From contig JANHCV010000002.1 of NCBI GenBank assembly GCA_025594325.1, positions 2,542,001-2,606,000 on the forward strand: a stretch of DNA of 64,000 bases, written 5' to 3'. A model generated the notes under the pieces. It was not told the DNA's origin. It saw only the letters and a program-made list of their open reading frames with translations, and did not search any database. Origin of the DNA: Blastocladiella emersonii ATCC 22665. Lineage: Eukaryota > Fungi > Blastocladiomycota. This document shows, piece after piece, positions 32,601 to 42,421 of the stretch (within the stretch, counting starts at the first letter, position 1; every line of letters starts with the position of its first letter). The position numbers were made by a program, and so were the translations under genes.

Positions 32601-33937
32601 AAGCAGTGCGTCCGATGGATCGTAATACAACAGAACTGTCTCTGGCCTTACCGACGTCCGCCACTACTCGCGCTCTTCTTTCCCGAATCCAAGAAGGGCT
32701 CGCTAAAGAACGCGTTCCGGTCGCAGCGCATCGCGAGCCGCGAGACGCGTTGCGAAATGGCGTGAGGGTCACGCCGAGCGGCGCCGCGCCACTTTCAGCT
32801 CGAAACACGATCCCGGCAGCCGCTCCACCTCGGCTCCCCCAACGATCGCGCAATGCATTCGAATGAACATTCTGCTTGCATAGACTTGCTGCAATGAGTC
32901 GCCCCGAGTCGCAAGCTTGGTCCTGCTGCCGGCCGTGCTCTCAAGACTTCCATTGCGCCAGCGTCTTGGTAATCCATGAGACGTCCGCCGCTCGTGCATG
33001 CTATTGAATGGATGCCACACGGAAATCATCGCGTGTACTCAGAAATAACTGAAACCGAAGCGCACGATGTATGAATCTGCCACGTATACATCCGTAAGCT
33101 GCGTTACCGAGAGCATCGACAGAATGGACGACAGGGCGGCAAAATGATTCTCCCAGATTGCGAAACCTTCGAGCTCACCACATGTTAAAAGCGGCTCGGT
33201 CGAGGCCTCAGTCCCGCGAGTACTTTAGGTGCGTGCCGATCGGGAGGTTGCGCCTGGACACGTCGCGATGCTTGGGTGGTAATGAGTCGGGTGATCTTGG
33301 CCCTCGCGCTGGAAGCGAGAGAGCCTCAGCTCGCATCTCAAATCGCGCGTCGTTGGGCGACAAGCGGTGGCGACTTGGTTCTTATCAACCGACCACAAGA
33401 GGGGCGTGAGCGAGTGCATCCGTCTGATTCGCCACCAGACGCTGCAGATAGCGAGCGACCCCCTCGAGGAACAAGCGGGAAGGCGGAGGCCGGGGAACGG
33501 GTGCCTGTGAAGCTGACCTGCGGGTTGCGCGACCTTTTGTTGTCCGGCTCGGACCGCACGCCACGGAACCTTACGGTCGGGCTATTTTTTGGCCGCAGCT
33601 CCGCAGCTGGAGTCGGGGGAGACGCGTCGCGCCACACTCGGAAGACGCGTTGCGCCACATCTGGCTCGCCGCCTCAGTCATCAGGGGGAGCCGACTCGGC
33701 CTCGATCTGGACATGGCAAGTCCGGATTCCGCGGCGACAGTCGGGTGATTCCAAGTCGTCGAACAGGGCTGATAGGTGTGACAGGGACCTGTCGGTCCCG
33801 CCTGCTCAGTCATCACCTCGCTTCGCCCCGCCCGGATAGTCCAGTAAGGAAGTTGAAACCGAAATGATTCGTTATTACACAGACCAAGATGATGAATACA
33901 GATAATATACAATGCGCGACATCTTCCTCTCTTCTCT

Positions 33938-36637
33938 TCACTCCGTGTCGACCAGCGTCAGGAGGTCCGACACGATCCGGCGCGCCTCGGGGACGCCCTC
34001 GTCTTCCTCCTCCTCCTCGGCTGCCGCGTCGGCACCGTCGGCCTTGCCGAGACCCGCGGCAGCAGCGGGACCGAGCGACATCTCGCTCATCATCCACGCG
34101 AGCTGGGCACCACCACTGCCCGCCGACGCGCTGGGACTCGTCGAACTCGCGGCCGCCGCGGCCGGGGCGATCTCGGGGACAGCGGCCGACGACGACCACG
34201 ACCGCGTCGACGACGCCGTCGAGAACGTGCGCGCGCGCATCGCGCCGACGGGCGGCGACGCGAGGTACGCGGTGCCGGCGCCGGCGCCGCCGGGCGTCAT
34301 GGGCGTGATGGGCGGCGACGGCTGCTGCGGGAGCGGCGAGTGCGTCATGTACGCTGCGGCCGCCGCGGCAGCGGCGCTCGACAACGGCACGAACTCGGGC
34401 GCGGCAAGGAGCGCGGCGCGGAGCCCGTTCGCCGCGGCCGCCGCCGCCGCGGTCGTTGCCGGGCTCGCAGCAGCCCACGGCGCGCTGGCGGCCATGGCGG
34501 CGCCCCACCGGCGTCCCGCGACCTCGGCGTCGACCTCGGCGAGCGACACGTTGAAGTTATGCCGCGCGAACGCGACGCCGCCCGCGAGCTGGACCCCGGG
34601 GACGCCGCGGGCGCCGGCGCAGACCGCGGCGAGGGCGGCCGCCGGGTACCCGAAGTTGACGAACGCCGAGTCGAAGGCGTCGTCGCCATCGCCGCCGGGG
34701 ACCACGCGGCAGTCAGTGACGGGGCCGAACCGGAGAAACTCGCGGCCGAGAGCTCCCGCGTCGAGGCCCGCGGAGCGCGGGATCCCCGTCACGAGCACGT
34801 TGGTGCGGGTCTCCCCCGTGGTGTCGTCACCGACGTCGTACGCGGCGGACCGCGAGCCGTCATGTACCCAGTCGAACGAGGCGGGCGCGGGCGCGGAGGT
34901 CGGCGACCGGCGCGGGCCCGCGGGCGAGGACGACGAGGCCGAGGCCGCCGTGTCGCGCAGCGAGACGTGGTCGGGCGACGGGTAGTGCGCGGCGGCGGCG
35001 GCGGCGGCCGCGTCCGAGCCCGACGTCGCCTGCTGGTACTGCTGCTTGCGCGCGTTCTTCTGGGCGAGCGGGTCGGCGTCGAACACGTGGACGTTGTACG
35101 GGTACTCCTTTTCGGCGAACGAGACGTGGATGCGGCGGCCGTCGATGAAGGCGTTGTGCATGGCCTGGATCGCCTTGAGTGCGTCGGCCGACTCGGCAAA
35201 GTTGACGAACGCGAGGCCCTTGGGTCCCGCCCCACCCGCGCCACCACCCGGCCCGCCCGCGGGCTTGCGCGGATCCCCACCACCCGTACTGCGGTCGCGC
35301 ATGATGCGGACGGACGTGACGCGGCCGTACGCGGCAAAGGTGTTGTGGAGGCGGTGCTCGGGCATGTCGTGGGGCAGGTTCTTGACCATGAGGTTGGTGG
35401 TGTTCATGGGCGCCTGGTCCGACGCGTTGCGGACCGTCAGGATGTACCGCGACCCGTCGAGCGTGACGTGGTGCTGGTGCAGCGCCGCGATGCTGGCGGC
35501 GACGGCGGCGTCGCGGTCAAACTGCACGAACGCGCACCGGTACTTGAGCGGCTGCAGCGCCTCGTTGGGCGTCGGGAGCAGCTTGATCGACACGATCGTG
35601 CCGTACGGGCTGAACAGCCGCGCCACGTCGTCGACCGTGTACACGGGCGGGAGGTACTGTGACGAGTGCCATGGGTCAGTTGCTCGATCTCGAAGGTCGG
35701 GCGAGGCGAGGTGAGAGCAGCGTACCAGAACAAACACCTTGGGCGGTTTCCCGCGCGGTGGGCCCATCCCCATGCCCATCCCCGGCGACGCGCCGCCGCC
35801 GCCGTTCATCGACCCGGGCGCCGGCGCCTTGGGCGACATGACGCTGCCACTGCCGCCGACCGACGACGACATGGACGTGGACGAGTAGGCGCGCGGGCGC
35901 GGCCCGCCGCCGTACATGCCGGCGAGCTCCGATTCGTGGTACGGCTGCTGCTGCTGCGCGTGGTGGTGATGCTGAGCGTGGTGGTGGCCGCGGCGCGCGT
36001 ACAGGGCGCTCGACGCGTCGGGCGGCGCGAGGTGCGGGAACCGCGCGGCGGCGGCGTGCTGCTGCTGGTGCTGGTAGTAGGCGGCCGCGTCGGCGTCGTG
36101 GTGGTGGTAGTTGTAGCTGCCGCGGGCCTGGTTCTGGTACCCGCCGGCGCCGCCGTACTGCTGCTGGTGCTGCATGTGGTGGTACTCCTCGTCGAGGTAC
36201 CCGGCGGGGTTGGGCGACCACGGGAGCTGCTGCTGCTGCTGCTGCGGGTCCTGGTAGTAGTCGGCCGAGGCCCACTGCGGCGACGTCGCGTCATCGCCGT
36301 AGTACGCGGGCGCCGATGCCGACGACGGCGAGCGGTGGGTGTACGAGTCGACGGTCGGCGACGCGTGCGACGCGTGCGCGTGGTAGCCGTACTGGTCGTA
36401 GCCGCTGCTGCCGCCGTGGTAGTAGGGATCGACAGCCGGCGAGGGCGCGGCGCCGCGGACCGAAGCGGAGGACGGCGACGCCATGGACATGTACTGGTGG
36501 TGGAACACGTCGGCGCCGGTCGCGCGCGACAGGCTGCCGTGGCGCGGGCTCGAGGTGCTTGCGGCGGCGACGGGCGAGCCGGTCTGGCTGTAGTATCCGT
36601 GGTACAAGTGGTAGTGGGCGGGGAGTGAGTCCATCAT
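33938..36637 (-). CDS. RNA-binding protein with three RRMs and Q/H/Y-rich low-complexity N-terminus
   Basis: After removing an in-frame 69-bp intron (35657-35725), RRM1 reads KVFVLYLPP...CAFVQF. RRM2 is TNLMVKNLP...LAFVNF; degenerate RRM3 is TNVLVTGIP...SAFVNF. Confidence 0.88.
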   Translation of the reverse strand: MMDSLPAHYHLYHGYYSQTGSPVAAASTSSPRHGSLSRATGADVFHHQYMSMASPSSASVRGAAPSPAVDPYYHGGSSGYDQYGYHAHASHASPTVDSYTHRSPSSASAPAYYGDDATSPQWASADYYQDPQQQQQQLPWSPNPAGYLDEEYHHMQHQQQYGGAGGYQNQARGSYNYHHHDADAAAYYQHQQQHAAAARFPHLAPPDASSALYARRGHHHAQHHHHAQQQQPYHESELAGMYGGGPRPRAYSSTSMSSSVGGSGSVMSPKAPAPGSMNGGGGASPGMGMGMGPPRGKPPKVFVLVRCSHLASPDLRDRATDPWHSSQYLPPVYTVDDVARLFSPYGTIVSIKLLPTPNEALQPLKYRCAFVQFDRDAAVAASIAALHQHHVTLDGSRYILTVRNASDQAPMNTTNLMVKNLPHDMPEHRLHNTFAAYGRVTSVRIMRDRSTGGGDPRKPAGGPGGGAGGAGPKGLAFVNFAESADALKAIQAMHNAFIDGRRIHVSFAEKEYPYNVHVFDADPLAQKNARKQQYQQATSGSDAAAAAAAAHYPSPDHVSLRDTAASASSSSPAGPRRSPTSAPAPASFDWVHDGSRSAAYDVGDDTTGETRTNVLVTGIPRSAGLDAGALGREFLRFGPVTDCRVVPGGDGDDAFDSAFVNFGYPAAALAAVCAGARGVPGVQLAGGVAFARHNFNVSLAEVDAEVAGRRWGAAMAASAPWAAASPATTAAAAAAANGLRAALLAAPEFVPLSSAAAAAAAAYMTHSPLPQQPSPPITPMTPGGAGAGTAYLASPPVGAMRARTFSTASSTRSWSSSAAVPEIAPAAAAASSTSPSASAGSGGAQLAWMMSEMSLGPAAAAGLGKADGADAAAEEEEEDEGVPEARRIVSDLLTLVDTE

Positions 36638-36786
36638 CGTCGTGGGTTACATGGGCAGCGGGGGAGAGCGCAGACTTGGAGCAGCACCCGCCAGGAGTAG
36701 CCCCGCGCGCACAAGAACGCGGGCATGTCCATCGCAGCAACGGCACGCCAAGATCCAAGTCATTGCGCGAGGTGGTGAGGGGAGAG

Positions 36787-38088
36787 TCAGCGGCCGCAAC
36801 GTGCCAAGGCAAGGCGCGATGCGCCGCACGTTTCGCGTGCACCCGTGCGCGCACGCGCGAGCGCGACGCGTGGGCCACGCGCTGCGGTGCGGCGCGCTGC
36901 CGCGACGCGGGACTCGGCGGAAGCCGGAAGGGCGGGATCATGGATCCAATCAAGCAGCAGTGACGAGTGTGGTGAAGCAGGAGGAGGAGAAGGAGACAAC
37001 ACGTACGCAAATTGGTTCTTCATGGTGTCAAGGATCGAGGCAGGTGCGGGGTAGTTGTTGTTGGAGATGTACGACGATGGGGTGGTGGTGGCCCAGGGCG
37101 AGCGCGCGGTCGCGGCGGGGAAACAGGTAGACGGCGAACCAGCGACGGTCGCGGGGGCAGGTAGGGCGACAGAGCGCGCGGATGCAAACGAGGACGCAAG
37201 CGGCGACGCGGCCGGCGAGTGGGTGAGGGTGTAGGGGAAGCTCAAGGCCGGGTCCGAGAGGAGCGACGCCGACGCCGACGCCGAGGTGCCGCTGGCGGCG
37301 GTGCGCTTGTCCGGCGCGTCGGCGAGACTCGGCGCGCGGCCGGCCCAGGGCGCTCCGGCCGCCGGCGGGCCACGGAACACGGCGGCGTGGAGCGGCGATG
37401 GCGCAGCACCGGTGGCGGAGGCGGCGCCGGTGGCGGATGCATGAAGATCACGGGCGGTGCAGGTGGCGGCGCCACTGCTGGCGGGCGTCGTCGAGGGCGT
37501 GGTCGCCGCGGGGTCGGGTCCAGCGGGGCACCGGTCGGTGCGCGCACCGGTGGGCTCGAGCGGGGCGAACACGGAGCCCCACAGGTCAAAGGCGCGTCCA
37601 GTCGATCCGCCGAGGAACCCGTCCTTGAAGTCGTCGAAGCACGACGAGGGCGGCGAGGGCGGCGACGCGGCGGCCATGGGGAGGAGCGGCGGGGAGGGCG
37701 GGGGCGGGAGCCCGAACTCGAGGTTGGCGGCGGGCGCGAGCGCGGTACCACCGAACGACGACGAGGGCACGGTCAGCGTGGCCGTCGCCGCCGCGGCAGC
37801 AGCCGCCGCAGCCTCGGCCTCGGCCTTGCGGCGGCGCGCCTTGTTGTGGCGGACACCGCCGCGGCGGCCGCGCGGGCTGCGTCGCTTCGGGGTCGAGGCG
37901 CCCGAGCCGGGCGGCGAGTCGTCGTCGCCGTCGAGGTCGTCGTCGTACTCGTCGCTCGAGTTGCTGCCGCTTGACGGGGCCGAGGCCGGGCGCGAGTGGG
38001 TCGGCGTGGACGGGAGCGCGAACGCGGGCGTCGACGGCGACGGGTCATCGGCGGCCGGCGGTGAGTCGGAGGCCGTGGTGGTCGCCAT
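36787..38088 (-). CDS. Hypothetical low-complexity (Ser/Pro/Ala-rich) protein with basic RGRRGGVRHNKARRRK segment; 3' end uncertain
   Basis: GC3-biased 433-aa ORF with an acidic-then-basic N-terminus. A GTACGT donor-like site near 37005 suggests the last ~70 codons may be intronic. Confidence 0.55.
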   Translation of the reverse strand: MATTTASDSPPAADDPSPSTPAFALPSTPTHSRPASAPSSGSNSSDEYDDDLDGDDDSPPGSGASTPKRRSPRGRRGGVRHNKARRRKAEAEAAAAAAAAATATLTVPSSSFGGTALAPAANLEFGLPPPPSPPLLPMAAASPPSPPSSCFDDFKDGFLGGSTGRAFDLWGSVFAPLEPTGARTDRCPAGPDPAATTPSTTPASSGAATCTARDLHASATGAASATGAAPSPLHAAVFRGPPAAGAPWAGRAPSLADAPDKRTAASGTSASASASLLSDPALSFPYTLTHSPAASPLASSFASARSVALPAPATVAGSPSTCFPAATARSPWATTTPSSYISNNNYPAPASILDTMKNQFAYVLSPSPPPASPHSSLLLDWIHDPALPASAESRVAAARRTAARGPRVALARARTGARETCGASRLALARCGR

Positions 38089-38555
38089 GCTAGCGGGCGA
38101 GGGGATCCGTGGTCAGGTCGAGTGGGTGCGACGGCAGGGACCGCAAGAGCGAGCGTACGTGTAGGAGGAGCAGGTGGATGAGGATGTGATGGATAGATAG
38201 GCAACTGCAGGGTGAGGAGGGAGGGGACGAGGAGGAGGTGCAACGGCGGCGAGCAGGATCGGCAGCGGGCGCGGCGGGTCTTATACAGGTCCGCGCGGTG
38301 CGGGGCCGAAGAGGCGAAGCGAAACGACGAGAGGAACGCGAAGGCCGCGTGTCCGCGGTGGTGTACGCGGGGCCCGTGGGCGGGGACGGGCGGATGGACG
38401 AGAGGGCTGGGCACTCCCACGACGGCGGCAGCGATGAACGGCGCGGGATGAGCGTGGGAGAGGCGGTCGTCGACGGCGGCGACGCGTCGGCGGTCGGTCG
38501 GATCGGTGCGACGAGCGAACGAGCGAACGAGCGCGAGGAAGTGCGCGCGGGAGGA

Positions 38556-38599
38556 GGGGAGAGCGAGGGGAGAGCGAGGGGAGAGCGAGGGGAGAGCGA
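38556..38599 (+). repeat. Tandem 11-mer (GGGGAGAGCGA)x4
   Basis: Four exact copies, read directly, in the pyrimidine-rich 5' flank of the 38088 ORF. Confidence 0.9.
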
Positions 38600-39032
38600 G
38601 GGCGAGGGCGAAGAGCGCGAATGGAGCCTAGGGGGTCGAGCGCAACGGGCGCCCGCGTCGGCACCGGCACCGGCCCCCGCCCGCCACTGCGCACGCAATT
38701 TCGCGCATTTTGCAAGCGGCGCAGCGGGTGTTTGAGGGAAGGGGAAAGAGGCAGCGACCGCTAGGCTCCAAGCGGTTCAGTGCGGGCGAGTCGGTCGCGC
38801 CGCGTGGGCGACACGGCGAGCTGGACCGCGCGGTCCGCCCGGCCCTGGCCGCGCCCGCTCGGCTCCCCGACTTTGCCGTTGCTGGTCGCGTTGCCTTTCT
38901 CACTGCGCCGCCGCGCGCCGTCGCCTGACCAGACTGCGCAATTTGAAACGTGCATCGGACCGCCAAGTGGGTGGGAACGGGGGGACATGTGTGTGTATTC
39001 GGTCGCTCGCTCACACGCGCGGCGTCGCGCGC

Positions 39033-39797
39033 TTACTCGACCTTCTTGTCAGCCTTCTTCTTGGCCGCCGCCGCGTCCGCGTTCCAGTAGTAGAGCACCT
39101 GGCCGAGGAGCACTGCGTTGAGGACGCCGTTGATGATAAACGACCCGAGGATCAGCGTGTCGTCGACCTCCTTGAGCGTGGTGAAGATGCGGGCGCAGGT
39201 CCCCGCAAAGTACGCGAACACGGTGACGGCCGACAGCGCGCCCGACGACCCGGCCGAGTACACGGCGTAGATGGGCGGCAGCTTGGCCGCGATCCCGAGC
39301 GGCACCGTGACGCCCTGCAGCGTCTTGAGCGTGCCGATCGGCACCTGCGCGAGCAGCGCCGCGCCAACGGCAAAGACCGCGACGAGCACCGCCGCGAGCC
39401 CCGCGCGCTTTTGGATCGCCGCCATCAGGACCACGATCGCCAGGTTCTGCGCCACAATGAACGCCGACTCGCCGTACGTCGAGAACGGGTACGCGTGCGC
39501 CGCGTTGTACGCCACAAAGATGCTCGACGCCACCGACTCGAGCAGGTACCCCGAGTAGCTCAGGCCCTCGGCCGACCACTGGCCCCACATCTTGGCCAGC
39601 TGCGGCACCTTGACGATGGCGCCGCTCACCACGATCCCGAGACCGAGGCCCTTGCTGATGGCCAGCGTCACGCACGGCTTGGTCCACGCCACCACGGGCG
39701 ACAGCAGCTCCACGGTGCACGCGTCGCCCAGACCGACGTAGCTCATGACCGGCTTGAACACGGGGTGCAGCAGTTCGGGCACCTTGACGAGATCCAT
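39033..39797 (-). CDS. MPDU1: Mannose-P-dolichol utilization defect 1 (PQ-loop) protein, intronless
   Basis: ISKGLGLGIVVSGAIVKVPQL...SAEGLS...YPFSTYGES; second loop AKLPPI...SSGALSAVTVFAYFAGTCARIFTTLKEVDD...LGQVLYYW. Confidence 0.93.
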   Translation of the reverse strand: MDLVKVPELLHPVFKPVMSYVGLGDACTVELLSPVVAWTKPCVTLAISKGLGLGIVVSGAIVKVPQLAKMWGQWSAEGLSYSGYLLESVASSIFVAYNAAHAYPFSTYGESAFIVAQNLAIVVLMAAIQKRAGLAAVLVAVFAVGAALLAQVPIGTLKTLQGVTVPLGIAAKLPPIYAVYSAGSSGALSAVTVFAYFAGTCARIFTTLKEVDDTLILGSFIINGVLNAVLLGQVLYYWNADAAAAKKKADKKVE

Positions 39798-40046
39798 GGT
39801 TGCTAGCTATAGGAGCGGGTGAGCTGCTGGCTTCTCGTTGCGCCGAGTCCGTTCATCAGCGTGTACATGTCGTGTGTGCTTCCTCGTTGAGGGCGTGGAG
39901 AGAGCGAGCGTCGCCGCCTCAGTGACCTTGCCGTGGCGGATCGCCACACTCCTGCTCACGCCCACCTGACCGCCGCGTCTGTCTCGCGCGTTGTGACATC
40001 ACCCACACGACATGTATTCCCTTTGATCTCTCTTCGCGTCCCTCCC

Positions 40047-41830
40047 TCACTGGAAACACGCGACAATCGGCGCGCGGTCGAACTGGAACTGCGTCCAGTC
40101 AGCCGCCGCCTGGTGCTGCTGTTGCTGTGGTTGCTGTTGGCGCGCTTGCGACCGCGAGCGGGACCGCGAACGCGACCGGGACCGCCGCTGACGCTGCTGC
40201 GACTTGGCGGGCGACGGCTGCTGCCGCACCGGCGACAACGGGGCGGGAGCCGCCGGGCTCGGCGACCGCGCGGCCTCCGCCACCGCCGCTGCCGCTGCTG
40301 GCGCCGGTACCGCGCCGTGGATCAGGTCGAGCAGCGCGTTCCCCGTCGGCGCCGGCCGCGCGCGCGCCTGCTGCTGCTGCTGCACCTGCGGCTGCTGCTG
40401 CCGCGCGCCCGCCCCGCCGCCGCCCTGGATCAGGAACAGCAGCTGCGACTCGTGCGCGGACCGCGGCTGCGGGTGCTGGTGCGTCTGGTGGTGCGGGTGC
40501 ACCTGATGATGCTGTGGCGACGATGCGGTCTCGAAGCCGGGCGGGACGACAGGCGGCGTTGGGGTGCCGAGGCGACCGATCAGGTCGCGCAGCTCGGTCT
40601 GCGCGCTCGGCGGGCGCGGGGTCAGGCCCGGCGGGGGCGGCGATCCCGCAAAACCGCGGGGAGGCGGGGTAGCGGCCACCGAGACGATGGCGGGGTCGGC
40701 GGGCGGCATGCCGATGCGCAGGAGCGACTTGAGCTCGAGCGCGGCCGTCTCGGGGGCGACCGCGGGCGGGAGTTGCCGCGCACTTGCGCCCGAGGGCGTC
40801 TGCGGGCGGCTGCTCGCCGTGCCGGGACTTGTTCCGCGCTGCTTGCCGCGCTTGGACGGCGAGGGCGTCGCAGGGACGGGCGGGTCGTGCGGTACGGCCG
40901 TGTCGTACTCGTAGTCATCGTGGAGGGCGGGCTTGCGGAGGACCTTCTTGCGCTTGGCGATCCAGGTGCGCAGGGGCGCCATGAAGGGGACGAGCATGTA
41001 AAAGTGCTGCTTGCGGCCGAACCCGTCGTCGACGTGGTGGTGCTGCGCGTACTGCTGCATCTGCTTGGCGGCGTTGGGGGTGCGGGCGTACCCGGGCAGC
41101 GACTTGAGCGGGTGCCACGCGATCTGCGAGATCTCCTTGCGCGTGCGCGTCTCGAAGACGGTGTCGGTCGGGACGCCCGCGGCAATGTAGAGGCGCAGGC
41201 GCTGCTCCTTGATGGTGATCTCCATGTGGTCGGGCTCGCTCGCGTCGCCGCCCGCGGCCGCGGCCGAGGAGTTGGCGGGCGGATGCGTGGTGGTGACGAG
41301 GTAAGGGGTGATGTCAAACCCAATCTCCTCCATGACCTCGCGCACGCCGCACTTGAGCTCCTTCTCGCCCTTGTTGATCTTGCCGCGCGGGAAGGTCCAG
41401 GACCGCGAGTTCCATCCGCGGACGAGCAGCACGTGGTCGTAGGCGTCGTTGACGACGATCGCGCCGCACACGGGCACGCGGAACTTGTACTTCATGAAGT
41501 CGGCAAACGCCTGCTCGTGCACCTCGGCCCACTCGTGCAGCAGCGGGCAGTGCTGGAAGAAGTGCGCGCAGAAGGCCTTGAGCGAGAAGGAAGGCAGGCT
41601 CGGGTTCTCCTCGCGGACGAAATCCTCGTAGAACCAGTGCGCCTGCTCGATCTGGAAGCAGATGCGCTCAATCGACGCTAGCTCCTCCTCGGGCACGTTG
41701 ATGATGAACCGGCTAGGGTGTGGGAGTCGGGCGTCAGCGGTGCGCTGGGCGGGGGTGCGACACGGCGTGTGCGCGCGGACCTTCCCAAGTCGTCGAGGAC
41801 CTCGGACAGGGTGAGGTTGGCAAATGTCAT
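40047..41830 (-). CDS. DCP2: mRNA-decapping enzyme catalytic subunit
   Basis: Box A: LSEVLDDLGS|RFIINVPEEEL...FQIEQAHWFYEDF (intron ~41714-41780). Also FMKYKFRVPVCGAI, and Nudix box WTFPRGKINKGEKELKCGVREVMEEIG. Confidence 0.97.
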
Positions 41831-42421
41831 GGTTGTCGATGGCGTAGCGTTGCGTTGCGTTGCGGGGAGTGTATGCGTTGCGTTGATGATGGAGTGGGGG
41901 AGCGTTCCGGGGGAGAAGGGAGAGCGGGCGCCGGGCGACCCGGGGCGCGAGGCGCGAACAGCGAACACGCGGCCACGGGTGAGACGGGCGGCCGTTTCAT
42001 CGCAGCGGAGCGCCGTGGTGCTGCGCCGCGCCAGTCATCATCACCGCCGACCCCGCCCTCTACAACGCTCCCTGCCCCGCTCCTCTGCCACGAATCGACT
42101 GAGTGCATCGTCCCATCCCGCCCCGTCGCCGACGTGTGCCGACCGCTGCTGCCGCTGCGCCGCCCCCGCCCCCGCCGCCGCCCCGCCACGTCAGCCCGTC
42201 GCATGATCCGGGCGCGGCCGCAGCTGGCCCGTTGAATGAATCAAGTCAACTGGTCCCTCAAACTCGAGCCCGAGTCAACGGATCCGCGTCCTGCTGCCCG
42301 CCCGTTCGCGTCGCCGCGCGCGCTGCGCTCGTCCTCCGCCATCGTCGCCGTCTGCGCTCCTCTCGGCACGCTGCTACCATCAGCTTCACCAACAACAACC
42401 ACCGTCCCACCTCGCCTCGCC

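Noticed and set aside
32601-33937. ORFs 33276-33839 and 33338-33658 in a lower-GC gap
   Set aside because: Lack host codon bias and recognisable motifs; treated as intergenic.
252-35725. Several in-frame, stop-free introns (252-311, 35657-35725, second intron of the 23623 gene) as a programmed intron-retention system
   Set aside because: Short introns in GC-rich DNA often lack stops and one third are in frame by chance. Retention would break conserved motifs such as RRM1 VFVL|YLPP.
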